A DNA stretch of 64,000 nucleotides, from assembly GCF_009914755.1 (NCBI RefSeq), contig NC_060932.1, one strand, 5' to 3'. Positions 12,850 to 25,697 of the stretch are shown piece by piece (within the stretch, counting starts at the first letter, position 1; each line of letters begins with the position of its first letter). Made by a program: the position numbers and the translations under genes. Source of the stretch: the human T2T-CHM13v2.0 reference genome, Homo sapiens. The notes beneath the pieces are model-generated. The model worked only from the letters and a program-made list of their open reading frames with translations. It was not told the origin of the DNA and made no database searches.

Positions 12850-13274
12850 TAGAAACAGCAATCCTTTTCTTAAACACCCTTGCAACTAGACTCCTAACTG
12901 TGGATTAGATGTAGTCAATTAGGTAAGATTTAAAAAGTGAGAGAGACGAAGAACCTATCTTTCTCACCTTTCCTGTGCTTTTGGTCATGAAGACAAGCGT
13001 GGTCATCGGGTTTCTCTGAAGGCAAATCCCTTTGTCCAGTCATGACTTCAAGAGCACTGATTTTTGAATGGAAGTCTTTATTGATGCTAAGCTCAACTTC
13101 TTGATTTCCACTGACCTAACTGTGGCAAAGGTACATTCATTTGGTAGTTTATTTCTTGCTATTCTTATAGTCTCTCCTAGAAACCTGATCTAGCATCTGC
13201 TCTTCTAACCATTCCAACAATTTGTTAACCAACTCATTTGGTTTAAATCCCTTTCTGCTTAAAATGCTAGAAAT

Positions 13275-13305
<31 letters not shown>

Positions 13306-13336
13306 CCCCTGCTTTCAACTGATCCTTGACTGACAC
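12850..13336 (+). mobile_element. ERVL LTR relic (LTR33-like)
   Basis: 'cccttgcaactag' and terminal 'aaatccctttctgcttaaaatgctag...ccttgactgacaca'. Confidence 0.6.
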
Positions 13337-14263
13337 AACAGGTTAGGGGAATGTCACATTCAAATGTGACAAATTCAAATATGTAGGCATTCTACCCAAA
13401 TTATGCCTCAAAAGATATTAAAATCCTCTACAGTGAAAACCAAGTATCACATAGTTCACCTACAAAATGCTCGTTTTCCAAAACTTAATATTTTAAACTG
13501 TCCTAGGCCTATACGGACCCTACATACATGCGAGGAATCACATTCATTTGCATGTAGATCTAGGAGTAAACTCTGAACTGAGATGGTGACACTCTGAACC
13601 GCAGCATAGTACCTATCCAGGATGTGACTGATTGGCTCAACAATCATTCACTAAAACTTCCAACGTGCCAAGCACAGTGCCGGATTCTGGCAATATAAAT
13701 AAACGATGTTGTTGCTTCTTAAAGAGTTCACAGTCTAGATTTCAGATAAATGATACTTGGAATACAGATAATATTCTAAGATAAATTTATATATTTTCTG
13801 TTTATACATATTTGATTAAATAATTTGAAAGCAGAGGGAGAGAGTAATCTTCAAGAGAAATTTGTATGACTTTAGTATTCTGAAATTATCAGTTTGGAAT
13901 GTATCCTCATCTCCCAATTTCACTGTATATATTGTTTCACTTTCTACAAAATCTAGTTCAAGTCTGAATTCATTTCTGACCCTACAGTGCTTTAACAGTA
14001 GAACAGGGTCTATCAAGAAGTTAGTGTCCATATATATGGTTAAATGCCAACTCTAGATTAGAGTTGCTCAGATCAATAGCTCAATGCCTTACCTGTAGTA
14101 GATCTCACAAGTATCAATTACAGAATGTTTCCTTGACTTGTTAATCATCATATATATGCTGACAGCTTTGATATGTGAACAATTGGAAAAATCACCATGA
14201 AAAACTGAATCTATGTGACTTATTTGACCTCAGTAACAATCACATTAGAAATGTTAAAATATT

Positions 14264-14550
14264 GGCCGGGCATGGTGGCTCATTCCTGCAATCCCAGCAC
14301 TTTGGGAGGCCGAGGCAGGTGGATCACCTGAGGTCAGGAGTTTCAAATCAGCCTGGCCAACATAGCGAAACCCTGTCTCTACTAAAAATACAAAAATTAG
14401 CTCGGCATGGTGGTGGGAGGCCTGTAATCCCAGCTACTCAGGAGGCTGAGGCATGAGAATCACCTGAACCCGGAAGGCGGAGTTTGCAGTGAGCCGAGAT
14501 CCTGCCGCTGCACTCCAGCCTGGGTGACAGAACGAAAGAGAAGGAAAAAC
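14264..14550 (+). mobile_element. AluS (Sx-like) with damaged 3' end
   Basis: Dimeric Alu with 'ggatcacctgaggtcaggag'; terminal 'gactccgtctc' is missing and the tail is degenerate. Confidence 0.95.
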
Positions 14551-15209
14551 AAGTATTTGTCAATGATAACAATTTCACAAGCTGTATTTTTGATCTACTA
14601 AAGATACCTCGTCTAGACTTTTACTAATGCATTGTTCCTTGATGCATTCCTGTTTTGTCAGCTTTTGGCACTATTTGATAGTAGAGAAAAGAAACATCGA
14701 GTGAGGCCTTAGAACTATTTTTGTTTTAATGTTTCCTACATTTTGACAACCAGCGATTAGCCTCCCAAATATCATCAGAAGTTTTGAAGGGATGATATTA
14801 ATATATTTGATGTGTGAGGTAAAACACACATGTACATTTCTCAGTATTAAACAATAAATAACACTACAAATGCAAGAATATGATTTGGTCAAGATGCAGG
14901 GATCTTGCATTGGTTAGAGTTCATATTTTGAAATCTGACCTTCTTGTGTTTGAAATATTACTCTGCAGCTTTCAAAATGTATACAATTTGGGGACGTAAC
15001 TTCACTTTTTTTAAGCCCATTATATGAAAAAAAAATCCATACATAAGGCTGTGTAGGGAATTATATTAAATAGCTCACACAATAATACATCATCAGTACA
15101 AATCATTATTGGGATAATCTAGAAGGCAGCTGGTGTTAACTCTGCTAAAAATTCAGTGAAAAGAGAAAAAAAAAAAAAGCAAGGGAACTGTTCCAGAGGA
15201 AAAGATACC

Positions 15210-15703
15210 AAAGAGACATAACAAACAAATGCAATGAGTGCAAATTAATTAGATCTTAGGTTTTTTAAAAAAAAAGGCTATACCAGACCTTTTTGGGCAA
15301 ACTGGGTATATTGAAAATGGATTGTACAGTAGATAACATTGGTGATTGAATGTTAATTTTCTAAACATGATATTGATATTGTGGCTACTTAGGGGAAGGT
15401 TGTTACGATTAGAAGATGCTTATGTATTTACGGGTGAAAGCACGTGGTATTTGCACCCTACTTTCAAATTGTTATGCAAAAATAAACGAATAAGCAAATA
15501 AAGATGTGTTTCTGTGTGCATGCACACGAGCCTGTGTGTGCGTTAGCGTGTGTGTGTGTGTGTAGTGTAGGAGGGAGAAAGAGTGAAACACAGAATGCCA
15601 ATGTGGCAAAATCGTAAAAACTGATGAATCTAAGCGAAGAATATGCAAGTATACTTTTTCTTATTCTTTCAGTGTTTCTGAAGGTTTTAAACTTTTCAAA
15701 ATA
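15210..15703 (+). mobile_element. Ancient L1 3' end (L1MC/L1ME-like) with internal (TG)n
   Basis: 'agagacataacaaacaaatgcaat...aatgtggcaaaat...gaatctaag...aacttttcaaaata'. Confidence 0.7.
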
Positions 15704-16629
15704 GACACAAGGAATAAAAGACTCAGTAAAATGAGGAATTAATTCACGAGCTACAGAAAATAATATGTGTATAAATAATAATGGTAATTATGAAACATAT
15801 GATGTGTCACAATTTAAGTGGGAGTATTAAGATGACTCACTTGTAACTGAAGATCAAAAATCACAAAATATGTTGGGTTTTTGAAATTATATTTTCCTAA
15901 ATTTATAATAGGCCCAAAAAGAAACAGAAATTAACACTTTAGAAATCTTTAGATGACATATTTTTGTGAGTAACAAGCAGGTCACATTAGTCATTTGTTG
16001 ACAAGTAGCAAAAAAAAAAAAACCTGTTCATTAAGGTATTGATAAAACGTAGTGTTAAATTGTCAGTTCAAAAATCTGAAAATCTTAAAATGTAATAATC
16101 ATTAACCTAAGTATGCAAAATCATTTGCATAGCTTGGAGTAGATATTAACACAGACAGAAAGAAAAGCCAATGTTGATATTATAGATTTCCTAACTTAAA
16201 ATTATGACTACTCATTTTCTTATGAATTTTCTTGCCAATAATGACAGAACACATGCTATTCCTATTTCCTAAGGAAGAAACTATCCTGTCACTGTGCCTC
16301 CAATGGGTCAAAATAGTTCAGAACATTTCTCACAAGCATTTCCATCTATATTTGAAACCAGTTCTTGTGGTGAGTATATTAGATTTAACATGTCACATCT
16401 CACACTCTTGAAGGCAGCAAATGGCTTAGTTGATATATTTCATTAAAGCGTAAGATAAATTCTCAAAATCAAATGTCAACAACAGTAACTTTTCTATGTT
16501 GCCAAGAAGTGGGGCTATTATTTTTCATGATTATCAGCAGAAATTTTGTTTTCAGAGTTCAATACACTGCATTACATGTGTTTCAGAAGCAATAATTAGC
16601 TCATGTTAAGATGGGAAACAATGAGGATT

Positions 16630-16838
16630 CAAAGCAGAAGCTTTGGAGTCAAGCTACCTAGGTTTAAATCCCATCTTTAAATGCTGACAGCATAACTTTG
16701 GGCACATTAGAAATCACGGAGACCTAGTTTTATCATCCCTACAAGAGGAAACAAAATAGCTACTTCATTGAATTCATGAAAAGATTAAGCAAGGTAATCA
16801 ACACAGCACACAGCATGGTACATACTAGGCACACCAAT
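16630..16838 (+). mobile_element. MIR
   Basis: 'gctttggagtcaagctacctaggtttaaatccc...cctagttttatcatc'. Confidence 0.65.
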
Positions 16839-16842
16839 GCAG

Positions 16843-18330
16843 TTATTTAATAAATATGTATTGAGTACCCACTCTAAGCCATGTATTGTTCTAGGCACTC
16901 GGGGCATAGCAGTAAATGAGAGATCATCCGTTCACTCCCCACCTTGGAAAAAAAAAATACCTGTCCTTTTGGAATTCATATTTCAGTGTAGAGAGACAGA
17001 AAATATTAAACAGACATAATAAAATTATATAATATTAGAAGGTAATAAGTGCTATGGATGAAAAAAATGAAGCAGAATAGGGTAACTGTGGAGAGGTGAA
17101 TAGGTTCCAATTTTTATTATAGTGAGTAAGTAGGCAGCCTTGGAAAATGGCATTTGAGATAAGTCATGAAAAAGTTGAAGGGGTTAGCCATGGACATATA
17201 AGAGGAAAGGCCCTAAGGAAGGAATATGTCTAAGTGAAGAAGAGTGAGAATGAAAGAAAAATGGTGGAAACGAGAAATCAGGTATAGTTATTGCCTTAAT
17301 CCTGGTGCCTGATGATAGTGGGTTGACCAAGATATTAGCAGTAGAGGTGGTGATAAAGGATTGAATTCCAGACATGTTTTCAAAGTGAAGCCAAAATAAT
17401 TTGCTAATAAATCATGAAATGATGAGAGAAAGGGGTAAATCAATTATGTCCCCAATAATGTCTGTCTGAGCAAGGGGAATGATGAAATTTCTATTAACTT
17501 AGATGGAGAAGACTAGGGAAAGCAGTTTGGTAAAAAATCAATTAAGTTAAGTATTCGCATACATAACTTGGGGAATTAGGTGTCCAAGTAGAGATTTCAA
17601 GAAAGCAGTGGATTGTCTAGAGGTCCAGCAGCATATTTGGGCTGGCAGTGTAAAATGTGAGACTGCATACATATGTGGCATTTAAAATCATGCAACCCAG
17701 AGGTTATTGCTGAAGGAGTGAATGTGAGAGACAAAAAGATGATGAAGTTGCATTAACATTAAGTGATCAGACAGAAGAGGAGAAAACAATGTGACAGGAG
17801 AAAAACCAGGAACTGAAACCCTCGAATAAAAGTAATGAGGAAAACTGAGCATTTAGTGCTAAGATAAATACTGCTGATCTGTCAAGTAAAAAGTATACAA
17901 AGAATCCACTATTAGACTTAGCAATGTAGAGAACATTTTTGACTTTGCCAAAGAAGTTTTGTTACCATAGTAGTGAAAGTCTGTTTGGAACAATGGGTTT
18001 GGGAGGGTCTGGAAAGAGGAAAATCAAAGTTAGCAAAGATGAATAACTCTTTTGAGCAAGTTTGCAGCAAAGAGAAGCAAAAAATATATGGCAATAACTG
18101 GCAGGGAAAGTGGGGTCAAAACAACTTTTTTTAACAAAGGGAGAAATAAATCCATGCTTTTATAATCATAGTCCCGTAAAGATAGAAAACATGACTAAAC
18201 AGAAAAAAGAAGGGAGGCTGGCTAAACTAAAATCTTAGAGTAGGTTAGAAATAGTGGGGTTTAGTGTGCTAGTGGAAAGGAGTAGCTTTAGATAGAAGCA
18301 TTGCGACTTCAGTTATATTAACAGGAAGAA
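16843..18330 (-). mobile_element. L2 (L2a-like) long relic
   Basis: 'atttaataaatatgtattgagtacccact...gttctaggcact' (antisense L2 3' end) followed by purine-rich L2 antisense body. Confidence 0.75.
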
Positions 18331-18859
18331 AGTCACCAAAAACAGGCAAAGATTTTGACTACCTGTGTAGATCTGGTAGTAGATATGGCATATAGTTAAT
18401 GTCATCTAAAATAAAATCCATATTAAAGGGAAATGTGAATGTTAATTAGTTCCTTTAAATTGTCCCATAGTAGTTCAAATGGAAGTTGATTCAATCCAAA
18501 TTAATAAACTCTAAATCATGGTGGTATAACATCTACAAATGACTTTCTAAGACAAACTGAAATATACTTGGCTTTTTTACTTTTGTATATATGAAAGGGA
18601 GAATTGGCTAGAAACTGCTTTTATTTGCTCTTATAATATCAATGCACAGTACCTCAAAACTTGTTACCTAATTTGGAACAAAGAGAAAAAATCCGAAGGA
18701 TTTTTTTCCAATTAACTGTGACTCAAACGGAAGTTATGAAGTTTGAATTAATTTGAATTTCAATCCATAAAGTATTTATTTCTTATTAACTGTTTATTGG
18801 TGAAATGAAACATAGACATGAGAGGAGAAAACATGAGATTGCAACCTGTGTATGAATGC

Positions 18860-19246
18860 TGTATTAGTCCATTTTCATACTGCTATAAAGAACTGCCTGA
18901 GACTGGGTAATTTATAAAGGAAAGAGGTTTAATTGATTCACAGTTCAGCATGGCTGTGGAGTCCTCAGAAAACTTACAATTATGGCGGAAGGCAAAAGGG
19001 AAGCAAGGCACCTTCTTTACAAGGTGGCAGAAAGGAGAATGAACGCAGGAGGAACTACCAAAAAATTATAAACCATCAGATCTCTTGAGAGCTCACTCAA
19101 TATTAGGAGAACAGTATGTGGGAAACCAATCCTATGATTCAATTACCTCCACCTGGTCTCTCACTTGATACTTGGGGATTATAGGGATTATGGAGATTAT
19201 AATTGAAGATGAGATTTAGGTGGAAAAACAAAGCATAACCATATCA
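18860..19246 (-). mobile_element. MaLR solo LTR (THE1D-like)
   Basis: 'tgtattagtccattttcatactgctataaag...gagactgggtaatttataaaggaaagaggtttaattg...accatatca'. Confidence 0.92.
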
Positions 19247-21547
19247 ATTTCTCTGAGCATGCAGACTGCTACTTTCTGCTGAAAAATAACTATATACTTG
19301 CTTGTTGTTTAGGTAGGCTAGGCCAGTGATATACATTAGCATATCACCTCTGCTTCCTCCTAAGCTTAGAATGCATTCTAAGTACTTAGCCAATTATTAT
19401 GTACTTGGCAAGTAGTAAAGATAATTTTATGAAGAGCAGGAAATGGATTAGCAAAGAAAGTAGTTGAAGGTGGTTAGAGAAGGTATATATATAAAAGAGA
19501 AGATCATATATTTTTCTAAACCTAGTATTAAGCAGAGTGTTAGGTGCATAGTATACTCAGACCAGTGTTTGTTAAATTACATATGGAGCTTGGATTTAGG
19601 CTGTCTTTTGGAAGAAGAGACATTACTCATCCAACCAACAGGATTTTAGCCTTTCCTATTTTGAAATTCTTCCTTTTCTCATAACTTTATTTGCAAAGTT
19701 ATAACAACAACGTAATGAAAGATAATCCAAATACTATAGATGCGTCATTAAATTTTTAAAAAGATACGGAAAAAAGGAAAATTTGATTATTGATGTAATG
19801 TATTAGATTTAATGCTTGATCAATAACACTAAGCAACAAAATGATATTACATCAAATTAGTAAATATAAGAACCAATGGGAATATGATTCAAGAGAAAAT
19901 GACTGATTAAAGCTCATTTTATTTCTCAATATAGTTCATGACCAAGCAAAGAATTCTAAAAAATAAAGACAAAAATGACTATGCTTCTTAAATTTATTTA
20001 GCCTCATTCTTCAGGTATTTATTTCTGAACAACAAAAAATACAGACTATATTAAAAAATCTCATATGCTGTTAAAATCTATTATTTTTCTGGAACTATAC
20101 AAATGTATAATTATTTTGAATAATTATAGAATTTTCCTGATTTGTATCATATACAGTAAACATTTCATATATTGTGTTAAGGGAAGTTTTGATGAGTTAT
20201 AAAGTTCTCAACAAAAATGTATCAAAAAGATAAGTCATGAACTGCGTCTGATTTTCCACAAACTGAATATACTGCAATTAATTGGTTGTAGTGCTATAGA
20301 TATGAGATTATGAGCAAAGCAACATAAACATAAAGGGTCTATTTTATTGAGTGGACATAATCTTCTATGGCTCCTTTCCAACTCTGTCTAGTGTGTGAAC
20401 AAGATATTTTCTGTTGAATTAAACTAACAAAGAGGGTGAGTGAGCATTTAAACCCCAAGGACTATTCTTGGAGGGTGTTACACACTGCTTCAAGATTCTT
20501 AATGACTTCAGTTTAAATGGCATAATTTTCTTTCTCAGTTTGCAAATTGGCTTTTAAAAAATACTGACCATCAGCCTATATATATATCTAATTAAAAAGA
20601 ATAAAATCAAAACTTAATATTTCCATTTTTATATGAAAGTCATTGTATACTATCTGTGATTTTACAAGTACAATTACTGTGATCTAGGATTGATTATTGA
20701 TCTATTTTATGTTACTTTTTACAATAAGTATATTTTACCCATATCTTATTCAAAATGAAGTGGAACAGTAAAATACTGTCGGATTCTAAATGGCATTTTT
20801 AAACTGTTTAAAATGTGAATTCATTCTATGTGAAGTAATTTCATTAACCAAAAAACATAGCGTAATTTTGAAAAAGTCAAATAATTAAATCTTAGTGTCT
20901 AAAATTTGACTTATCATATTTTCCAGACTGTAAACTCTTGTGTTACATTGGCAACAATTTGAAATTATCTGGTGTAATGCTAATTTCCTTTTCCAACAGG
21001 CATTTTCTTGTTGTTTATCATAAAAGACAAAAGGCATTAACACTATAGTTAATTAGGGGTAGTCATGTGATAGAAAATGCAGATTGTTGGGAAGAATTAA
21101 AGCTTTGTCAGCTAGATTTCTAACTCCCCTTCATTAAGATTAGATAAAGTGCTCTCAAGACAGTAAACTGATTATGACAACCAAATTTTTCAAGTAAATT
21201 TATTTAGATGAATAGCTTAGGAAATTGAACAATAAAAACAGAGGTAACATAAAGTTCCAAAACACTGAACAAAAAAAATATGAGTTAGATGTAATTTATA
21301 TGCTTATAATTTTACTAAAAACAATAAAGAATTAAAATAAGTTATATATCTATACACGTATGTATGTAAATATCAATAGAGGTTAATTGTTAGAAACAAA
21401 ATGGACATATACAAAACCAAAACTTCCTCCTATATTTCTACTTTTTGAGAACGAAGACTGTTAACAGTTTTACTCTTTCAGCCTTATTCATACCTATATT
21501 CTGTTATTGTTGTTTTGAACAAAAATGTGTCACAAGTAAAGTTCTAC

Positions 21548-21755
21548 ATAACAAGACCACCTTTGCTAGCCAAGCCCCTTCTTCTCCTCCTCCCATAATG
21601 TATTTTGCCATGATACAAGCCCCCATTCTTTCTGTAACTTCAAGAAGGAATATGAGTTTCTGAACTCCATTGAGGAATGGGGAGTAATCACTCTGTGGTT
21701 CTCACCACGTGCACATTAATAAATTTGCATGCCATTTCTCCTATTTAAAACAAAT
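21548..21755 (+). mobile_element. ERV1 LTR fragment (MER34-like) truncated at its poly(A) site, with A-rich tail and TSD
   Basis: 'gtgcacattaataaatttgcatgccatttctcctattt' then 'aaaacaaat'; flanked by aagtaaagttct(a/g)c at 21534-21547 and 21756-21769. Confidence 0.72.
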
Positions 21756-22466
21756 AAGTAAAGTTCTGCTTCTGATATTTGTTTGATTATTTCGGCAATT
21801 ATGGACACCATACAATATCTATATGTACAAATTATTATTCATTTTTAAAAATTAAAATAACTTTTAAAATTGCATTACATAATAGACATCAGCAAACTGA
21901 GGGAATTTAAGAGTTACATATACATATATACACATACATATACAAACACACATATATATATTTTACATAGTACAAATAATGCTTCAAAAACTGACATTTT
22001 TATTTTTGTTAAGCTGAATATTTCTGTGGAACAAGTTTTTGAAAGTAAAATTTTGAATCAAAAGTTATGTACTTTTTCTGTTTGTTTTAATATATTGCAA
22101 AACTGTATCTCCAGATGATTTTGTCAAAGTACACTCTCACCAAAAGTGAATGAGAGTGCAGGAATGAGAAGGTGAAAAGGCATGAGATCCAGAGCAAAAG
22201 AACAAGAGTGTTCTTAGAGCAGGGGTGAGGGAGGAGGGGCCAATCTTTCATTTAACAGGAAGGATGAACAATAGAAGAGTAGTGATAGTACCAGTTTTGA
22301 AAAAAGCTGAAATATTCTTGACTGATTGTTGTTATTTTCCTAATACAGTGTGAAACACGATTATCAGCTGATTTTGAGTGGTCAATGATGATGGAGTATA
22401 AGCAATTTGAAATTGTAAAAGAAAGTATAAAATAATAGCGTTAAAAAGTGAAACAAAGATTTTTGC

Positions 22467-22953
22467 TGTGGCCCCTCAAAAGATGTCTATGTCAATCTCT
22501 AGAATTTGCAAATGTTAACTTTTCGGAAAAATGATCTTTGCAGATGTAATTAACGATTTTGGTATGTGAAGATAATCCTGAATTATCTGTGTGAGCCCTA
22601 AATGACATCATGTGTCCACAAAAGAGAGAGGAAAAAATAATCACAACCTGACAGTGTACCTGCTTAAAAGGGATTATTTTTTCCTCTCTCTTATATGGAC
22701 ACACAGAAGAGAAGACAATCAAAATAGAGAGTGGAGTGATGTGGCCACTAGGACAGAAATGCTGGGGCAACCACTATAAACTGGAAGAGGCAAGGAACTG
22801 ATTATTCCCTTTACAAAGCCCCTAGAGGGAGAGCAGCCCTGTCAGATTTCAAACTTTTTGCCTCCAGAACTCTGAGAGAATAAATTTCTTTTGTTTTCAG
22901 CCAACAAGTTTGTGGTAAATACTAAGAAACTAGTGTACTTAGAAACAAATATA
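22467..22953 (+). mobile_element. MaLR solo LTR (MLT1C/D-like) with internal rearrangement
   Basis: 'ctttgcagatgtaattaa', 'ctggaagaggcaagga', 'cctccagaactctgagagaataaatttc'. Confidence 0.85.
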
Positions 22954-25017
22954 CTATTGAAGTATTAAATTAGCATTTGAGCTTTGTAGTTATAAATCTG
23001 AAGTACAATTATTTAGTGGAAAAGAGGATACTTGCTTTCAATTGTGGTTGGAATATTTGTAGATATAGTGAAACAGTAAAGAAAGCCATTTTCCATTTTG
23101 TTTTTGTTTGTGAAGAGATTAATTATAATGAAAGACTAAACAAGGATCTAGACTTAAAAGAGAAGGGAAGGGTGATAAATATTATTTTTAAAAAGGATAT
23201 ATAGATTGCATTTCTCAAAGAAATTGAGCACACATCTTGTGAAATACTACCATAAGAAAACTGTAAGGAAAGAATTAAGGTCACTGACTGAGAAGTCGCT
23301 AGTGGAAATGTCACAAGAAATAGAATTACTGATGATGATAAAGATTGTCATTATTTCATACATGGTCAAGCTAGCATGATGGAAAATAGTTGGAAGTGAG
23401 TAGGTGAAGGACATAGATGTTAGAGTTTTCATATGCACTGTCTTCATCTATGTTTGTAACATGTATTTAGCTATATAGCTTGCAGTAGTTTGACAATATT
23501 AAGTTTTGAATATTTACTTCATTTGTTTGGGCTTAAAAAATCTTCCTAGCATTAATTCCCTCTTTTTCATGCAACCATACCCTGATGTTGATATGGGAAA
23601 ACCCCGTTTTCTCAACTTGCTCACGGTATTCAACCAAAGCTGACTGCACCACCAACACCCCTTCAACCTGACTGTGTACCTGCTTAAGAGGCCAGATCAA
23701 TTGTTTTTTTTGTTTTCCTTGTCATGCAATGATTCTGTGATGGGCACGAAACACAAGTCAAGCAAATTAGATCAATTTAGGGCTTGCTCTTGAGCTATAA
23801 ACGAAGTGGGTGTACTATTTCCAGCTGGAAATAAATCCAGACAACTGTATCCCAGGAAACTGTTCACAGTGCTCTTGAAACCACACGGGAGAACGTACCT
23901 AAGAGTGTCATGATGCTAAGGAAATGTATGCAAAGAATGAAAGCAAACAAACAACTCCCAGTCTGTAATTTAAACACCAAATTAAGGTTTCTCTGACCCT
24001 TTAATTATTTAGCTGTTCAGAGAATTTTAAAAAGTCCTTTGTTTGAATTAATCTAGTTGGAGTAGCATTGTTATTATTATTGTTTTTGTGACATATGAAG
24101 TACACATTTCAGATATCTAATAGTTTTCTCTAAGACTACCACATCAATGTTGCTGATAATTTCATTTTAAGAGGATAGATCTACACTAAAAGGAAAGTAA
24201 GTGCAACAAATTCTCCTTATATACTGAATTTCTGTCATGACTACGTCCACAAGTGATAGTCATTTTTTAAAAAATGAGAAAGGTCATACCATAGTAATGA
24301 CATCAAATAGCATAGAGAATCTGTGCAACTATATTGAATTCTGCATCTGTATTATGTGAATTAAAATCTTGGTTTCCTACAACTGATGCTTTATCTTCCA
24401 TCAGTATGGATTTTCATGCTAGCAGTAAACCATCAAAGACTTACAAGTTGAGTAATGCCATTTATGAACATGGATTTTAGATAAATTAACTTTTAAATGT
24501 TCTTCTTGACTTACATTTTTGTATTTTCTTACTGATTACAATCTTCTTTTGTAACTCTTCTAAATATGCATCCCCAACCTGCTTTTTGTTTATAGTACTG
24601 TAGGGTAATATCAAATGCCAATCCTTATTGCATTTGCCACAGTGTATTTCAGAGCTTGATATGTGATTTTCCCAGGAGATTTTTGTTTCAGAAAAATATA
24701 CCCTTTTTACTTCTTTGGTGAACAATTTGCAGTAATATGCTCAATGAGTATTTGTTCACTGAATTCAATTATCAGGATTAAAGGCAGCTATATAATATAA
24801 AGTAAATCTACAAGGTATATTATTGAAAGAAAACTGTCAATTTTGAAAGATATATTATATCAACAGTAGGAGTCAGTTCTATAAAGTGATTAATAGGATT
24901 TTCCAGACAGGCAAAAATGTATTTGGAATGTTTCCTTGTCTATGCCAGCAACATCATAATTCTGATTCAGGGCCAGCGCATGAAAGGTCTAGTCGTGTTG
25001 ATTAATTTAAAAGGCAT

Positions 25018-25057
25018 TGTGTGAGTGTGTGTGTGTGTATGTATGTGTGTGTGTGTG
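25018..25057. repeat. Imperfect (TG)n microsatellite
   Basis: Directly read. Confidence 0.9.
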
Positions 25058-25419
25058 GAGTGATGACAATAGCAGAAACAATGTAAATATTGCTCATGCA
25101 TTTGTATTTTCAGGTTGCATTGATACTCAGCTATACTCTAGAGACCACACCACTGCAAGAGAAACAAGAGAGGATTCATGATTATTCTCTTGCCTTCAAG
25201 ATGCTAAGGAAGTAAACTATCAGCATAAACTAACTTAACACAGAGATAGCCCACAAACAGTTAAGTTGTCTCTCTTAACTAAGATGGGAAGGGAGTGAGA
25301 ATGCTTATTTGTTAAAATGGGTTAGTGTTCACTAACTGATAGTGGTTTTGTTTCCTTTTCATTCTGTAATTGTTTAATTATATTAATTTGAGAAGACATG
25401 AATTAAAAATAGATATCGT

Positions 25420-25697
25420 GGCTGGGTGTGGTGGCTCATGCCTATAATCCCAGAACTTTGGGAGGCCGAGGTGCAAGGATCACTTGAGGTCAGGAGTTTG
25501 ACACCAACCTGGCCAACGTGGCGAAACCTCGTCTCTACTAAAAATACAAAATATTAGCTGGGCATGGTGGTGCATGCCTGTGATCCCAGCTACTTGGGAG
25601 GCAGAGGTTGCAGTGAGCCAAGATCATGCCACTCCACTCCAGCCTGGGTGACAGAGCAAGACTCCATCTCAAAAAAAAAAAAAAAAAGAAAAAAGAA
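25420..25697 (+). mobile_element. AluS (Sz/Sx-like) with ~31-bp right-arm deletion
   Basis: TSD aaaaatagatatcgt (25405-25419) / aagaatagatattgt (25698-25712); 'ctacttgggaggc' joins 'agaggttgcagtgag' directly. Confidence 0.96.

Noticed and set aside
16112-16131. Inverted octamer-like pair tatgcaaa-atca-tttgcata
   Set aside because: 8-bp arms are expected by chance in AT-rich DNA, and nothing else supports it.
23520-24090. Possible very old MaLR/ERVL LTR around the 23664-23691 donor sequence
   Set aside because: Too diverged to assign a family or boundaries by eye.
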